Assembly (NCBI GenBank): GCA_028534125.1
Contig: CM052816.1
Location: 41,852,001 to 41,916,000, forward strand
Source of the DNA: Lama glama
Taxonomy: Eukaryota
Length of the DNA stretch: 64,000 bases
Reading direction: 5' to 3'
Numbering within the stretch: the stretch's first letter is position 1; each line of letters starts with the position of its first letter. The position numbers were made by a program, and so were the translations under genes. Positions 1-11,750 of the stretch are shown here, one piece after another. A model generated the notes under the pieces. It ran no database searches. It was not told the DNA's origin and saw only the letters and a list, made by a program, of their open reading frames with translations.

Positions 1-187
1 CGTAGAGAAGGGTGTCAAATCTTCAACCCAGCTTCATTAGTCAATGAGAGAGATGTTTCATCTATAGATTTCTAATTATGTATGAATTCTGCATTTCTCT
101 CCTCATTAATCTTCTTTTTCTGAGATAATAACACTCTGAAACCATCAGAAATATATAAGAGGTTATAGCTTAAAACAGTATGTTGTT

Positions 188-3100
188 ATGCAGTCCAAGA
201 TTGCAGCATAGGAAGACCCCGAACTCACCTCCTCCTCCGGACATACCAAATCTACACCTAAATGTAGAGTAATTCCTCCTGAAGAAGTAATTCCTCCTAA
301 AGGCTGATTGAGCAGTTTCTGCACAGTAAATGGTAGAGGGGCCACATAAAGATAGGTAGGAGAGACAAAGACAGACTCAACAGGAAGCCCACTCTTGATG
401 TGGTAATCTGCAGTGGGGAGGGGTACCACTGAGGAGCTGGTGTGCAGACTTGCCTGCCCTGGGACACAGCAAAAATCCCCCAGCAGTTCAGAGAGCACAT
501 AGACTATACATGAAGGAAGTCTATTGATTAGTTCCTAGAGCATCTGCCAAACAGGTAGGGAGCTGCTGGAACTTACTCTGGGGTTGGAGGAGCTAGAAAG
601 CACCACTTTTTGCATTTTCCCCTCTCTTTGATAGTGTGAGTGGGAACATGGTCCAGGTGTTCCAGTCTGCCTGCCAAGGCCACCCTAACATATCCCACGC
701 CTCTGGCCCATACCAGCTACAGCTGCCCCCTGAAGGTGGCCCCAATGCAGTATGCCCTAGACCCACCAGCTCGAGTCCACACAAGCTCCAGTTAACTGTT
801 TGGTCAAGGCAGCCAGGTGTGGCATGTCCCAGGACCCCTGACCCATACCCAGTTGGGCTCTGGCTGTCCCTCCAGCACAGCCCTGATGTCATTATCGAGG
901 ATAAATCACATGTTAGACCATGAAACAAGTTTCAGTAAATTTAAGAAGATTGAAATATATCAAGCAACTTTTTTAACCACAATGATATGAAATTAGAAAT
1001 CAATTACAAGAAGAAAACTAGAAAATACACAAATATGTGGAGACTAAACAGCACACTACTTAACAGCCAATGGGTTAATGAAGAAATCAAAAAGGAAGTT
1101 AAAAAAATACTTTAGAGATAGATGAAAATGGAAACACAATGTTCCAAAATCTTTGGGAAGCAGCAAGCAGTTCTAAGAGGGACATTCACAGTGGTACAGA
1201 CCTACCTCAAGAAATGAGAAAAATCTTGAATTAACAATGTAACTTTATACCTAAAAGAACTAGAAAAAGAAGAACAAACAAAGCCTAAAATTAGTAGAAG
1301 GAAGAAAATAATAAAGATCAGAAAAGAAATAAATGAAATAGAGACTAAAAAATAAAAATAGAAAAGATTAATGAAACTAAGAGCTACTTCTTTGAAAAGC
1401 TAAACAAAATTGATAAACCTTTAGCTGGACTTATCAAGAAAAAAAGAGTGTCCCAATAAAATAGAAAATGCAAGAGGAGAGGTTACAAGAATACCCCAGA
1501 AACACAATAATAAGATGCTACTATAAGCAATTTTACATCAATGAATAGGACAACCTAAAAGAAAAAGACAAATCCCTAGAGATGTACACTCTTCCAAGAA
1601 TGAATAAGGAAGAAATAGAAAATGTGAACAGATTTATTGCTAGTAATGAAATTGATTCGGTAATTTAAAAAGTCTCAACAAACGGAAGTCCAGGACTAGA
1701 CAGATTCACAGGTGAAGTCTACCAAACATTTATAGAAGAGTTAACCTCTTTCCTTCTCAAATTCTTCCGAAAATGCTGAAGAGGAAGGAACATTTCCAAA
1801 GATATTCTAGGAGGTCATCACTACCCTAATAACAAAACTAGATGAGGGTATTACATAAAAAGAAAACTGCAGGCCAGTTTCTCTGATGAATATAGATGCA
1901 AAAATTCTCAAGAAAATATTGGCAAACTGAATTCAGCAACGCATTAAACAATAATACACCATGATCAAGTGGGATTTGTCCCAGGGATGCACAGATGGTT
2001 TAATATCTGCAAATCAATTAATGTAATATGCCACATTAACAGAATGAATAAAAATCATATGATTAAATAAATGCAGAAAAAGCTTTTATCAAAATTCAAC
2101 ATCCAGTCATGATAAATACTCTCAACAAAGTGAGTCTAGAGGGAACATACCTCAACATAATAAAGGCTATTTATGAAAAACTCACAGCTAACATCATACT
2201 CAATAGTGAAAGGCTGAAAGCTTTTCTTCTAAGATCAGAAACAAGACAAGGATGCCCACTTTCACCACTTTTATTCAACATAGTATTGACATTTCGGCAA
2301 GGGAGACAAAGGGGCATCCAAGTTGGGAGGGAAGAAGTAAAACTATCACTGTTTGTAGATGACATATTATGTATAAAAAATCCTAAAGATATTACCAAAA
2401 ATGTTAGAAGTAATAAATGAATTCAATAAAGTTGCAGGATACAAAATTAATATACAGAAATTGGTTGCATTTCTATACAGTAATAATGAACTATCAGAAA
2501 GAAATTTTTTAAAAAAAATCACATTTACAATTGCATCAAAATAATAGAATACATAGGAATAAGGAGTTGAAAGACCTGTTCTCTGAAAACTATCAGAGAT
2601 TAGTGAAAGAAATGGAGGATGACACAAATAATTTGAAAGATATATTGTACTCATGGATTGGAAGAATTAATATCGCTAAAATCCCAAACTACCAAAAGCA
2701 ATATGCAGATTCAATGCATCCTTATCAAAATACCCATGGCATTTTTCACAGACCTAGAACAAATAATCATAGAATTTGTATGGAACCCAAAAGGCACCAA
2801 ATAGCCAAAGAAACCCTGAGAAAGAAAAACAAAGCTGGAGTTGTCACACTTCCTGATTTAAAACTATTCTACAGAGCAACAGTAATAAAACCAGTATGAT
2901 ACTGGCACAAAAATGGACACCTACATAAATTGAGCAAAATAGAGATATCAGAAATAAACCTATGCTTATTTGGTCAGTGGGGAAAACATAGTTTCTTCAA
3001 TAAATGGTGTTGGGAAAACTGGGCAGCTACATGCAAAAGAATGAAACTAGACCACTGTCTTATACCATATACAAAAATAAACTCAAAAGTGAATTAAAGA

Positions 3101-4566
3101 CTTAAATGTAAGAACTGAAATAATAAAACTCTTAGAAGAAAACATTGGTAGTATGGTCTTTGACATCAACCTTAGCAATTTTTTGGGGGGTTTATCTCCT
3201 CAGGCAAGGGAAACAAAAGCAAAAATAAACTATATCAAAAGAAAAGACTTGTACAGTGAAGGAAACCATCAACATAACAAGAAAACAACCTACTGAATGG
3301 GAGAAGATATTTGCAAATGAAGTGTCCGATAAAGGGTTAATATTAAAAATAGATTAAAAAAAAAAAAACTCCTACGACTCAATAGCGAAATAAACAATCT
3401 GGTTAATAAATGGGCCAAGGACCTCAATAGACATTTTTCCAAAGGAGGCATACAGATCTTTAACAGGCACATGAAAAGATCCTCAACATCACTAATCTTC
3501 AGACAAATACAAATCAAAACCACAATGAGATATCACTTCACATCTGTCAGAATGGCTATTATCAAAACCACAAAAAATAGTAAGTGTTGGCAAGAATGTA
3601 GGGAAAAGGGAAGCCTTATGCACTGCTGGTGGGAATGTAAATTGGGATAGACAGTATGGAAAAGAGGATGGAGGTTCCTCAAAAAATTAAAAATAGCCTA
3701 CCATATGATTCAGCAATTCCACTTCTGAGTATTTACTCAAAGGCACAAAAACACTGATTTGAAGAGATATATGTATTTCACTGTTCACTGAAACATTATT
3801 TATAGTAGCTAAGATATGGAAGCAACTTAAATGTCCATTGATAGATGAATGATTAAACTCTGTGGTACAAATAGCCAATGGAATATTACTCAGTCTTTAA
3901 AAATAATGAGATTTTGCTGTTTGCAACAACATGAATGGATGTAGAGGATATTTTGCTAAGTGAAATAATTCATAGGGAAAAATCCAAATGCTTTATGATT
4001 TCACTTATTATGTGGAGTCTAAACAAACAAACAAAGAAACATACCCATACAGAAACAGACTTATAGATAGAGAACAAACTGGTGGTTGCCAGAGAAGAGG
4101 GTAATGCAGGGATGGACAAAATAGTGAAAGAGTATTAAGAGGTAGTTATCTCCTGGAGCATTTCACCTGGAAATGGTAATATAGGCATAAGGAGGAACGT
4201 GTGACCCTTCTAGTCTCAACTGGTATCAAACATTGGATAAATTATTTTGCATTAAGAAAACAAAAACCTTCAAGTCTATCCTATCCCTACCCCACCCTCT
4301 ACTCCACCAGCCCTGCCTCCAATAAAGTTGAGAGATGAGAGAAGATCAATAAAAAAAGAGGTACAGACTTCCATTATAAAATGACTAAGTCACAAGGATA
4401 TAATGTAGAGCATGGGAATACAGTAAATAATATAGTAATAACTTTGTATGGTGACGGATGGTAAGTAGACTTACTTATTTCTCAGTGTATAAAAATATGG
4501 AATCACTATGTTGTACACCTGAAAGTAGTACAATATTGTAAGCCAACTATACTTAATTTTTTTAAG
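188..4566 (+). mobile_element. LINE-1, TSD-bounded: 5' UTR joined to decayed ORF2 (late endonuclease, RT, C-terminus) and 3' UTR; ORF1 missing
   Basis: L1 5'UTR-like start (tccaagattgcagcataggaagacccc). ORF2 RT motifs [14 protein letters not shown] and LFVDD in ORF 2109-2420, with many stops and frameshifts. L1 3' UTR to ~4560. Direct repeat gtatgttgtt at 178-187 and 4567-4576, with a tt/aaaa endonuclease site at 170-175. Confidence 0.95.
4145..4355 (+). pseudogene. Short retroposed 3'-end fragment of an unidentified polyadenylated transcript, inserted in the L1 3' UTR
   Basis: Non-L1 sequence between aagaggta repeats (4137-4144, 4356-4363). AATAAA at 4321-4326, then an A-tract at ~4348-4357. 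The L1 3'UTR resumes seamlessly (aagaggta-cagacttcc). Confidence 0.7.
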
Positions 4567-5224
4567 GTATGTTGTTCCAATTTAATTTAAGTAGCTTGGC
4601 AAACAGAGGCTTTATACTCAAACTAAATTTGTTATTGGGGTGGTCATTAGAGATATTGTGACTATGTTAGCAATTTTGAATTAATTCCGTATCTCCAAGT
4701 TGGTTGTGTGAAATGAAAATAATTTCCAGTTTCTTTCTTGGTGGCCCCTATTCAGTGAAATGTTTGGCAAAAAGCTCCGTCTTTTGTGAAGATGGGAAAT
4801 AGTTTACATCTAATTAGAAAAAGAGCATAGGTACTGTTACCAATACATGATTAAATTTCACATCTGTACAAAACTGACAACATTTCTGACATCCTTACTT
4901 TTTTAGACAATGCATCTTTAGCTTTCATAGTTCTTACTCTATTCTTTACATGTTATGTAATTATTTTCAAAGCAATTTCTCTCGTACAGACAGATTTTCA
5001 TTCATTGTTTGCAAGCATTAGGCAAACTATGTAATACAGTAAGGTAAACATTTCCTTGTCAAATATTCTTTCTTTCCTTTACAGAAATGAGTTTGCTTGT
5101 TTTTTCCCTTTTTTAATTTAATGTATTGAAACATAGACAACATGTTAGATTTAGAAAGAATCTTCAAAGTCAGCTAGTTCTATTCACCTCATATGTGATT
5201 CTTCCTTAAATCAATTTCCAGGCC

Positions 5225-5360
5225 AGTGGGAAGGATTTGGAATTTTGACCCTACTATTTAGTGGCCATAGGACTCGACCCACATGACTTACGAAAATGTT
5301 TTCTCACCTGTGAAAATGTGGGTAATAGCATTAACCTTATACAGTTGATGTGATAGAGCT
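5225..5360 (+). mobile_element. MIR SINE fragment
   Basis: MIR core-like ttttctcacctgtgaaaatgtgggtaatagcattaacctt; boundaries approximate. Confidence 0.55.
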
Positions 5361-5403
5361 ATTTACTTTGCAATTCCTCTGTTTATATATAATTAGCAAA
5401 TTT

Positions 5404-5797
5404 TGGCAGAGACTAAAGCTTGGAAATTCTGTGTCTGTATGTGTGCATGTATTATTTATTTCTCTATATATGTATTCATTTATTTAATAAATATAATTTT
5501 CCCCAGCGTTGAGTAATAATGGACAAATATAATTATATCTATTTAAAGTGTACAACCTGATGATTTGATATACATATACTTTTGGAATGATTCCAAGATA
5601 ATTAATGAACATATCCATCACTTCATGTAGTTAACTATTTCTTTGTAGTGAGAATGCTTAAGAGCTACCCTTAGTAACTGGGCTTGGGGAGAAGGAGATG
5701 GGGAGATGTAGATCAGAAGATACTAACTTTCAGTTGTAAGAATAAGTTCTGAGGATCTGATACATAGCATAGTGAATGTAGTAATTATACATTATTG
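5404..5797 (-). mobile_element. 5'-truncated, inverted (twin-primed) L1MA-type 3' end
   Basis: ~5497-5678 is the L1 terminus on the minus strand. ~5679-5797 is the adjacent upstream L1 3'UTR segment on the plus strand. 16-bp direct repeat tataattagcaaattt at 5388-5403 and 5798-5813. Confidence 0.75.
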
Positions 5798-7149
5798 TAT
5801 AATTAGCAAATTTGATGAGCATATTTTCTATATATTTGTGTGAGCAATCCAGCTATTAAAATTAATTTAGAAAAAAAGGTTTGTGGAACACACAACTAAA
5901 GTCTTTTCTACAGCTTAGTATTGACGCATAGATCATTTTCTTCAGTTTTTTTTAATCTCTATTCTACTTTTAAAATAAATATTTAAGTATAAAATATAGA
6001 AAATACAGGAGAGGGTAATGAAGAAATTTTAAATTACTCTGTTGAAATCTGGGGCAACCTACAGAGATAGATAATCTTCTTATTCGCAGATAAGAAAAAG
6101 CCCCCTATTCATTTATAATCACAAATAAGAGATTCCCCTCATTAATAAGCATGTCTGGGATCGTGTAATAATCAGACATTATGCATTTGCTTGTAGTTTG
6201 TTCTGGACTAAGAGCAAGAAAAAGGAGCTGCTCGGTTTCTACTCTATTCCGACACACACTCCATCTGCCCTCTCTGTCCCCAGCTGCTCCCCTAAGAACG
6301 GAATTTCAGTCATGAGTTAAGTAACATTCTGCCCTGCTCTTACCCCAAGCTCTCCAAATGGTTGCTTTGAGGCTCTTTCACTTGACAGGCGGTGAGGCGG
6401 GGTGTGCCACTCCTCCCTCCACATGATAGCACCACAACCCACTGACCACTTGCTTCAGACAAATTCTTTTGCCAGTATCCCTGTCTGCTGTCAGCCTTCC
6501 TAACCTATTTTGTGGGTAAGGTTCATGAAATCAATTCTCCCACACCCCTGCTTGGGTGGACCGGCCCCTTTCTTTATAAGGTGGTTGGCGCTTGCTCCCC
6601 TTGAACTTTCTTGAAAACTGACACAAAAGGCATCCCATTGTTACATCCAGTTACAAACACTCCCTTAGGATACATTATAAAAAGTGGATTTCTGCATCTA
6701 AGAATTTGATCATTTTAAGACTTTAGACACATGCTAATAAATTTCCACTTCTCCCAGTAGAAATATAATATCAATTCATATTCTCATCTTCACCACGTAA
6801 TATTGAGAAAAGAAAAGTGGGGCAAGTGAGAACAGGGGGAAAGGGAAACAGCAGGGACCTGAGAAGAGAGGAGCGATATAGATATAGGGAAACGGAAAGG
6901 AAGTAAGTTCAGTTTGGCAGGAGGTGGGGGTATAAGTCAGGTAAATCCATGTTGAGCCAAGCTCCATCAGAAATAAAGGTGATTGATCCCTGCCCATTCT
7001 TTAAGTGAGCAATTTATTAGATAACTAGTTACTCTCTGGTTCCAGCCCTGGAAGAGTTACTGCGAGCTAGGTTTATATAATCATTTTGGAACTCTTTCCA
7101 TGTAATATAGCACAACATAGCAATCTCAGCTCAGGCCAGAGCAGTGTTT

Positions 7150-7282
7150 ACAGGGGCAGCATGGAGTGGTAGAAAGAAGATATTTTCTGCCACTTATTAG
7201 CTGGTTGATCCTGAGACTGTTGATAATACCAGTGGGTTTCAGCCTCCTCAGCCTAATAATGATGATGATGATGATGATGAGG

Positions 7283-7330
<48 letters not shown>

Positions 7331-7420
7331 TCTGTCTTGCTCAGCTCATGTGGTAATTATGAGATAAGGCAGGATGGAATTTGGAATTTGTAAACTGTAA
7401 TGCTCTTAGAAAGATCAGAT
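7150..7420 (+). mobile_element. MIR SINE containing a compound (TGA)n/(TAA)n microsatellite
   Basis: MIR core tctgccacttattagctggttgatcctg...tttcagcctcctcagc; trinucleotide tract at ~7254-7330. Confidence 0.75.
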
Positions 7421-8622
7421 ATATTGCCCGGTCAATCGTCTGTCAGCTCTGAGGGAGCGTTGGGAGTTTCTAATTGATCTCCCTTGATTTTTTTATGACT
7501 TGTTGACAGTGTTCATATTGTTTTTTCCTCAAATGAAATTTCATATGTCAAAAGATCTCATTTTTCTGGGTGCATAGGAGGTACTAAGCAAATACTAGTT
7601 CTTGTCTTCGTCTCTCCTCTCTTTCCAAGTAGGCAGCGGAGGGGATGTGTGTTCAGGATTTGTGCTGCTTGGCATACTCGTATTTATTGCATTCAGTTTT
7701 GTTTGCATAGAAAGCATTTTTTTTCTAGCTAATTTAGTGCAAATGATGTCAGTTGTTCATCTACTCTCTGTCTGAAATCAGCCCTTAGAATAAATAAATT
7801 ATGTATCTTGACTTTATTTCTACATTTAATTTAGTCTTATTGATATAAAAACAATAGGAAGAACAAAATACTTTCAGTGTCAATGGTAATTTAGAAACAA
7901 GAGAAAGTTAATAAAATGCATCATTATGTTGGATACACCCCTTCCCTCTTCATTTACCTGAGGTAAAAATCCAATCGTGAGAGAAAATGTAGAATGTGAT
8001 TTTGTGCCAGCAGGAATTAGCAGGAACAGCTTGATGAGAAACAGTGATGGAAGAATCAATGACAACCATCAATAAAATAAAAACTGAATGACGCTTCTGT
8101 TTTTTATATTAGGTCTTTACACATCAACTTAACCAAAGGATTGAGACATGATATTCTTAATCCCAGTGTGCCGTAAATAGATTGTAAACTATTTTGACCT
8201 TTTAAAACTATGTCAAGCTTTTCCAGTTTCTCTAGAGAGTATATTATAAGGTTTTATAACCAATAATGCCTTCCCATTAATTACTATAGATGTTTCATCA
8301 AATAGAATTTAAAATGAAGTCTAGAAATTGCAGAAAACCAGGAACCAAGCGAAACATTAAAAAATAATATTCATATTGCATGCTCAGGTCTTGGCTTTAG
8401 GCAGAATCATGAGAAACGTAATATATTTTCATGTTTGTTTGCTTGAAGTTATCAAACTTTTACTTTACTTTACTTGGCTTGATCAGAGTTTCTTCTCTTC
8501 CCTCTTTTACTACCATAAATGAAAAACATAGGATTGCTTCTATCACAGTTTGCTGATGTTTTACATATTGCTAAAAGCAAACCCTTTTAGGTGAAACATG
8601 GGAACCTCATGTCCTATGCTTA

Positions 8623-9684
8623 TGTTACGGAAACGACAGGCCAGTCAAGAAACAAGCACCACTCGGAGGGTTGAAGTACTCAGATGTATTACGCCGGCAG
8701 GCTCAGAGGGGCTTCTGCTTCGAAGCTCTGAGCACCTCCAAGACGTGTGCATGAGGTTTTATAGGGTAAAGTACAAGCTTGGGGTATTCGGCCAATAGGC
8801 ATGGAACAGCTTTAGCAGCATTATCATCACAAANNNNNNNNNNNNNNNNNNNNNNNNNNNNNNNNNNNNNNNNNNNNNNNNNNNNNNNNNNNNNNNNNNN
8901 NNNNNNNNNNNNNNNNNNNNNNNNNNNNNNNNNNNNNNNNNNNNNNNNNNNNNNNNNNNNNNNNNNNNNNNNNNNNNNNNNNNNNNNNNNNNNNNNNNNN
9001 NNNNNNNNNNNNNNNNNNNNNNNNNNNNNNNNNNNNNNNNNNNNNNNNNNNNNNNNNNNNNNNNNNNNNNNNNNNNNNNNNNNNNNNNNNNNNNNNNNNN
9101 NNNNNNNNNNNNNNNNNNNNNNNNNNNNNNNNNNNNNNNNNNNNNNNNNNNNNNNNNNNNNNNNNNNNNNNNNNNNNNNNNNNNNNNNNNNNNNNNNNNN
9201 NNNNNNNNNNNNNNNNNNNNNNNNNNNNNNNNNNNNNNNNNNNNNNNNNNNNNNNNNNNNNNNNNNNNNNNNNNNNNNNNNNNNNNNNNNNNNNNNNNNN
9301 NNNNNNNNNNNNNNNNNNNNNNNNNNNNNNNNNCTCCAAGACGTGTGCATGAGGTTTTATAGGGTAAAGTACAAGCTTGGGGTATTCGGCCAATAGGCAT
9401 GGAACAGCTTTAGCAGCATTATCATCACAAAAGTGGAGGCGGGGAGGCAGCAAACCAACATTCCAAAGCCAGATATGTATCTTTGAAAACCCAGCTGGCT
9501 AGTAAAAAACATGAACAGCAAACCAACACTAATTAACCTAGATTTACAAGTTAGTCTAGCAGAATTCAGATCAGTATTCCAATACTTAGATTTGTGAGTT
9601 ATCTTGTTAGCCCAGCCCAGTCCCTCCTTCACATTCCTAGACTTGTGAGTTATCTTGTTAGATCAGCCGCATTTTTCCTTCACA
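8623..9684 (-). mobile_element. Young ERV1-like solo LTR (~464 bp after removing the gap and the duplicated overlap)
   Basis: TG...CA ends; 4-bp TSD ctta at 8619-8622 and 9685-9688. Minus-strand TATAAAA (8757-8763) and AATACA poly(A)-like signal (8685-8690). U3 47-bp direct repeat (9587-9633, 9638-9684). About 10 CpGs retained. Confidence 0.85.
8834..9333. other. Assembly gap (500 N) flanked by a 98-bp identical duplication
   Basis: 8736-8833 is identical to 9334-9431. Confidence 0.98.
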
Positions 9685-9691
9685 CTTAGAC

Positions 9692-9917
9692 CAGAGTTCC
9701 TCAATTTTGGCACTAGTGATGTTTTGGACTAGGTAATTCTTTGTTCTATGGAACTCTCTTATGCATTGCACAGTGTCTGGACGCACCCCTGGCCTGCACC
9801 CACTGGATGCCAGCAGCACTTGCAAGTCATGATTATCAAAAATATCTCAAGATATTGACAAGTACCCTAGGAGGGGAGGGAGGGTAGGCAAAAATTACCC
9901 TTGTTTGAGAACCACTG
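9692..9917. mobile_element. MER20 (hAT-Charlie MITE)
   Basis: cagagttcctcaattttggcactagtgatg...ggcaaaaattacccttgtttgagaaccactg resembles the MER20 consensus; terminal inverted repeats present. Confidence 0.9.
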
Positions 9918-10027
9918 CCTTAGATTGAGATGATATTGAGGTGATATGAATAGAACTAATTTGTTACAATAATAACCAAAAAGGAAGGTATCTAGAAGAG
10001 GTAGGAAATCAGACCACACAGACTCTA

Positions 10028-10115
10028 GAGCTTCTCAGTCAAGACTGTGCATTCAAAATACCTGAGGGGATTTAAAAACCACTGATACCCAGGCCCACTC
10101 CAGGGCAGCTGAATA
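10028..10115. mobile_element. MER5-type hAT fragment
   Basis: gactgtgcattcaaaatacctgaggggatttaaaaaccactgatacccaggcccactccag. Confidence 0.55.
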
Positions 10116-10411
10116 AAGATCCACAGGTGAGCCACTACTAAAATTGACTCAAGCAGGCAGCCCTGTAAATTTGACACTTGGGGACAAGCATACAAGTTGT
10201 CCTTTTTATAGGGCCCCTCATCTTTCAATTTATTTCTTTTCAAAGTCCAGGGTTGCTTCTGTTGGCCATGAGTGTCCTGTGGTACAAAGGGGCAACAAAT
10301 ATGACAGAGGTTAAACTCTCTGTAGGAAGCCTCTGATGGGCAAGAATAAGTTCAGGTGAAGTCAAGACAGTTCACCTCACTTGCAGCCACCTCCTGGCAT
10401 TTACACTAGAA

Positions 10412-10600
10412 TAGGAGTTCTTAGAGTGAGATTTCCAAGAATCAGCAGCGTCGGCATCACCTAGGAACTTAGTAGAAATGCAGAATTTTGGATCACACCA
10501 CACCTGTTGAATTAAAAACTCTGAGGATGGGGTCCAACAGTTTTTGTCTTAATAAAGCTCCTAGGTGATTCTGAAGTGTAATAAAACTTGAGAATCATGG
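10412..10600. mobile_element. MER5A (hAT-Charlie MITE)
   Basis: cagcagcgtcggcatcacctaggaacttagtagaaatgcagaatttt...ggtgattctga...aacttgagaatcatg. Confidence 0.85.
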
Positions 10601-11369
10601 GTTAGAAACACAATCCATATTCACTTATGTGTTTTCAGTGTTCTTCTAACTGGCCCTGACAAACCCACACTTCACAAGACTTAGATAACTGATAAAGACT
10701 TTTATTGAATCTTTTGAATACTTCCACTTATGATTCCATTTTCTCAGAAACATTCATTACTGAAATATGCCTTGTTTGCACAGTTTACCTAATTCTGCAG
10801 TGCAGGAAGAGAAGAGTTCAGGGGAAAGCAGAGGGCACCAAACACAGATCTGGCCCACGTGAATGAGAACAGATACCCTTCCAGACCTACTGGCTGCACT
10901 ATTGGCACATTCAGGTCCCACAAACAGCTCAGCATGACTTCCACAGTTAACATTTAGCAACTAGTAGGCCAGGGGGAAAATGACATGCAAGAGCCATGCA
11001 GAAGAGTAGGACACATGCTGAAAAAGAAACCATGATACTAGGCAGAGCCACCAATGACTGTTGAAGGAGGGTAACAAAGGTACTTACCCTTTTCCATATC
11101 ACATTAATTTTAAATATACTAAACTCTTGTGTTTTATTTCACTAAGCTCAGTATCTTGACTATTTGTTACAGGTCAGTAATAGAGGTGGGTTTCTATACA
11201 ACTGTTACCTGCTAATTGATAAAGTTATCTCTTATTGAACAAGTCCATGTTCCACTAGAAAGTAAGTTCTAGTGGAAAATATTGCTATAATTTTTATGAG
11301 AACATTGAACTATAGAGGGATAGGGTGGAAAAAATGGGTTCTGGCTAGAAGGATATTGAAGGAGTCTAG

Positions 11370-11750
11370 GAGAAAAATGCTGTTGCAGCAGACTAGGATA
11401 GTAGCTGTAGATATGGTATGATGTTAGCTTTGAGATCTAGTTTGAAGGTAGAGTTCTTAGGATTTCCTATTGTATTTCATATAAAAGAAGGGAATCAATG
11501 ATGACCCCTGGGTTTTTGCCATCATCCTAGGGAATGTGACATGACTGAAATCGGGAAATCTAGGGAGAAGAAGTATTGGAAACTTTGAGGAGTCAAGTTG
11601 CCTATTTTGGCCATGTTAACCCTGAGATTCCTCTTACGCATAAAAATGGAGATGCTAAAAAAGCAGAATGATAAACAAGTCTAGAGTTCGGGAAAGGGGA
11701 TTAGGCTTGAGATTTAAATTTGAGAAGCATCTGCATATAGATGCATAAAA
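11370..11750 (-). mobile_element. L2 LINE fragment
   Basis: Purine-rich L2-like tracts, e.g. ttttggccatgttaaccctgagattcc...gagatttaaatttgagaagcatctgcatatagatg. Confidence 0.7.

Noticed and set aside
2109..2899. ORFs with reverse transcriptase similarity
   Set aside because: Fragments of a frameshifted, stop-ridden L1 ORF2, not a host gene or active element.
7166..7393. ORF with poly-Met/poly-Ile
   Set aside because: Translation of a (TGA)n/(TAA)n microsatellite inside a MIR.
8703..9453. Four ORFs over 200 aa
   Set aside because: Artefacts of translating through the 500-N gap.
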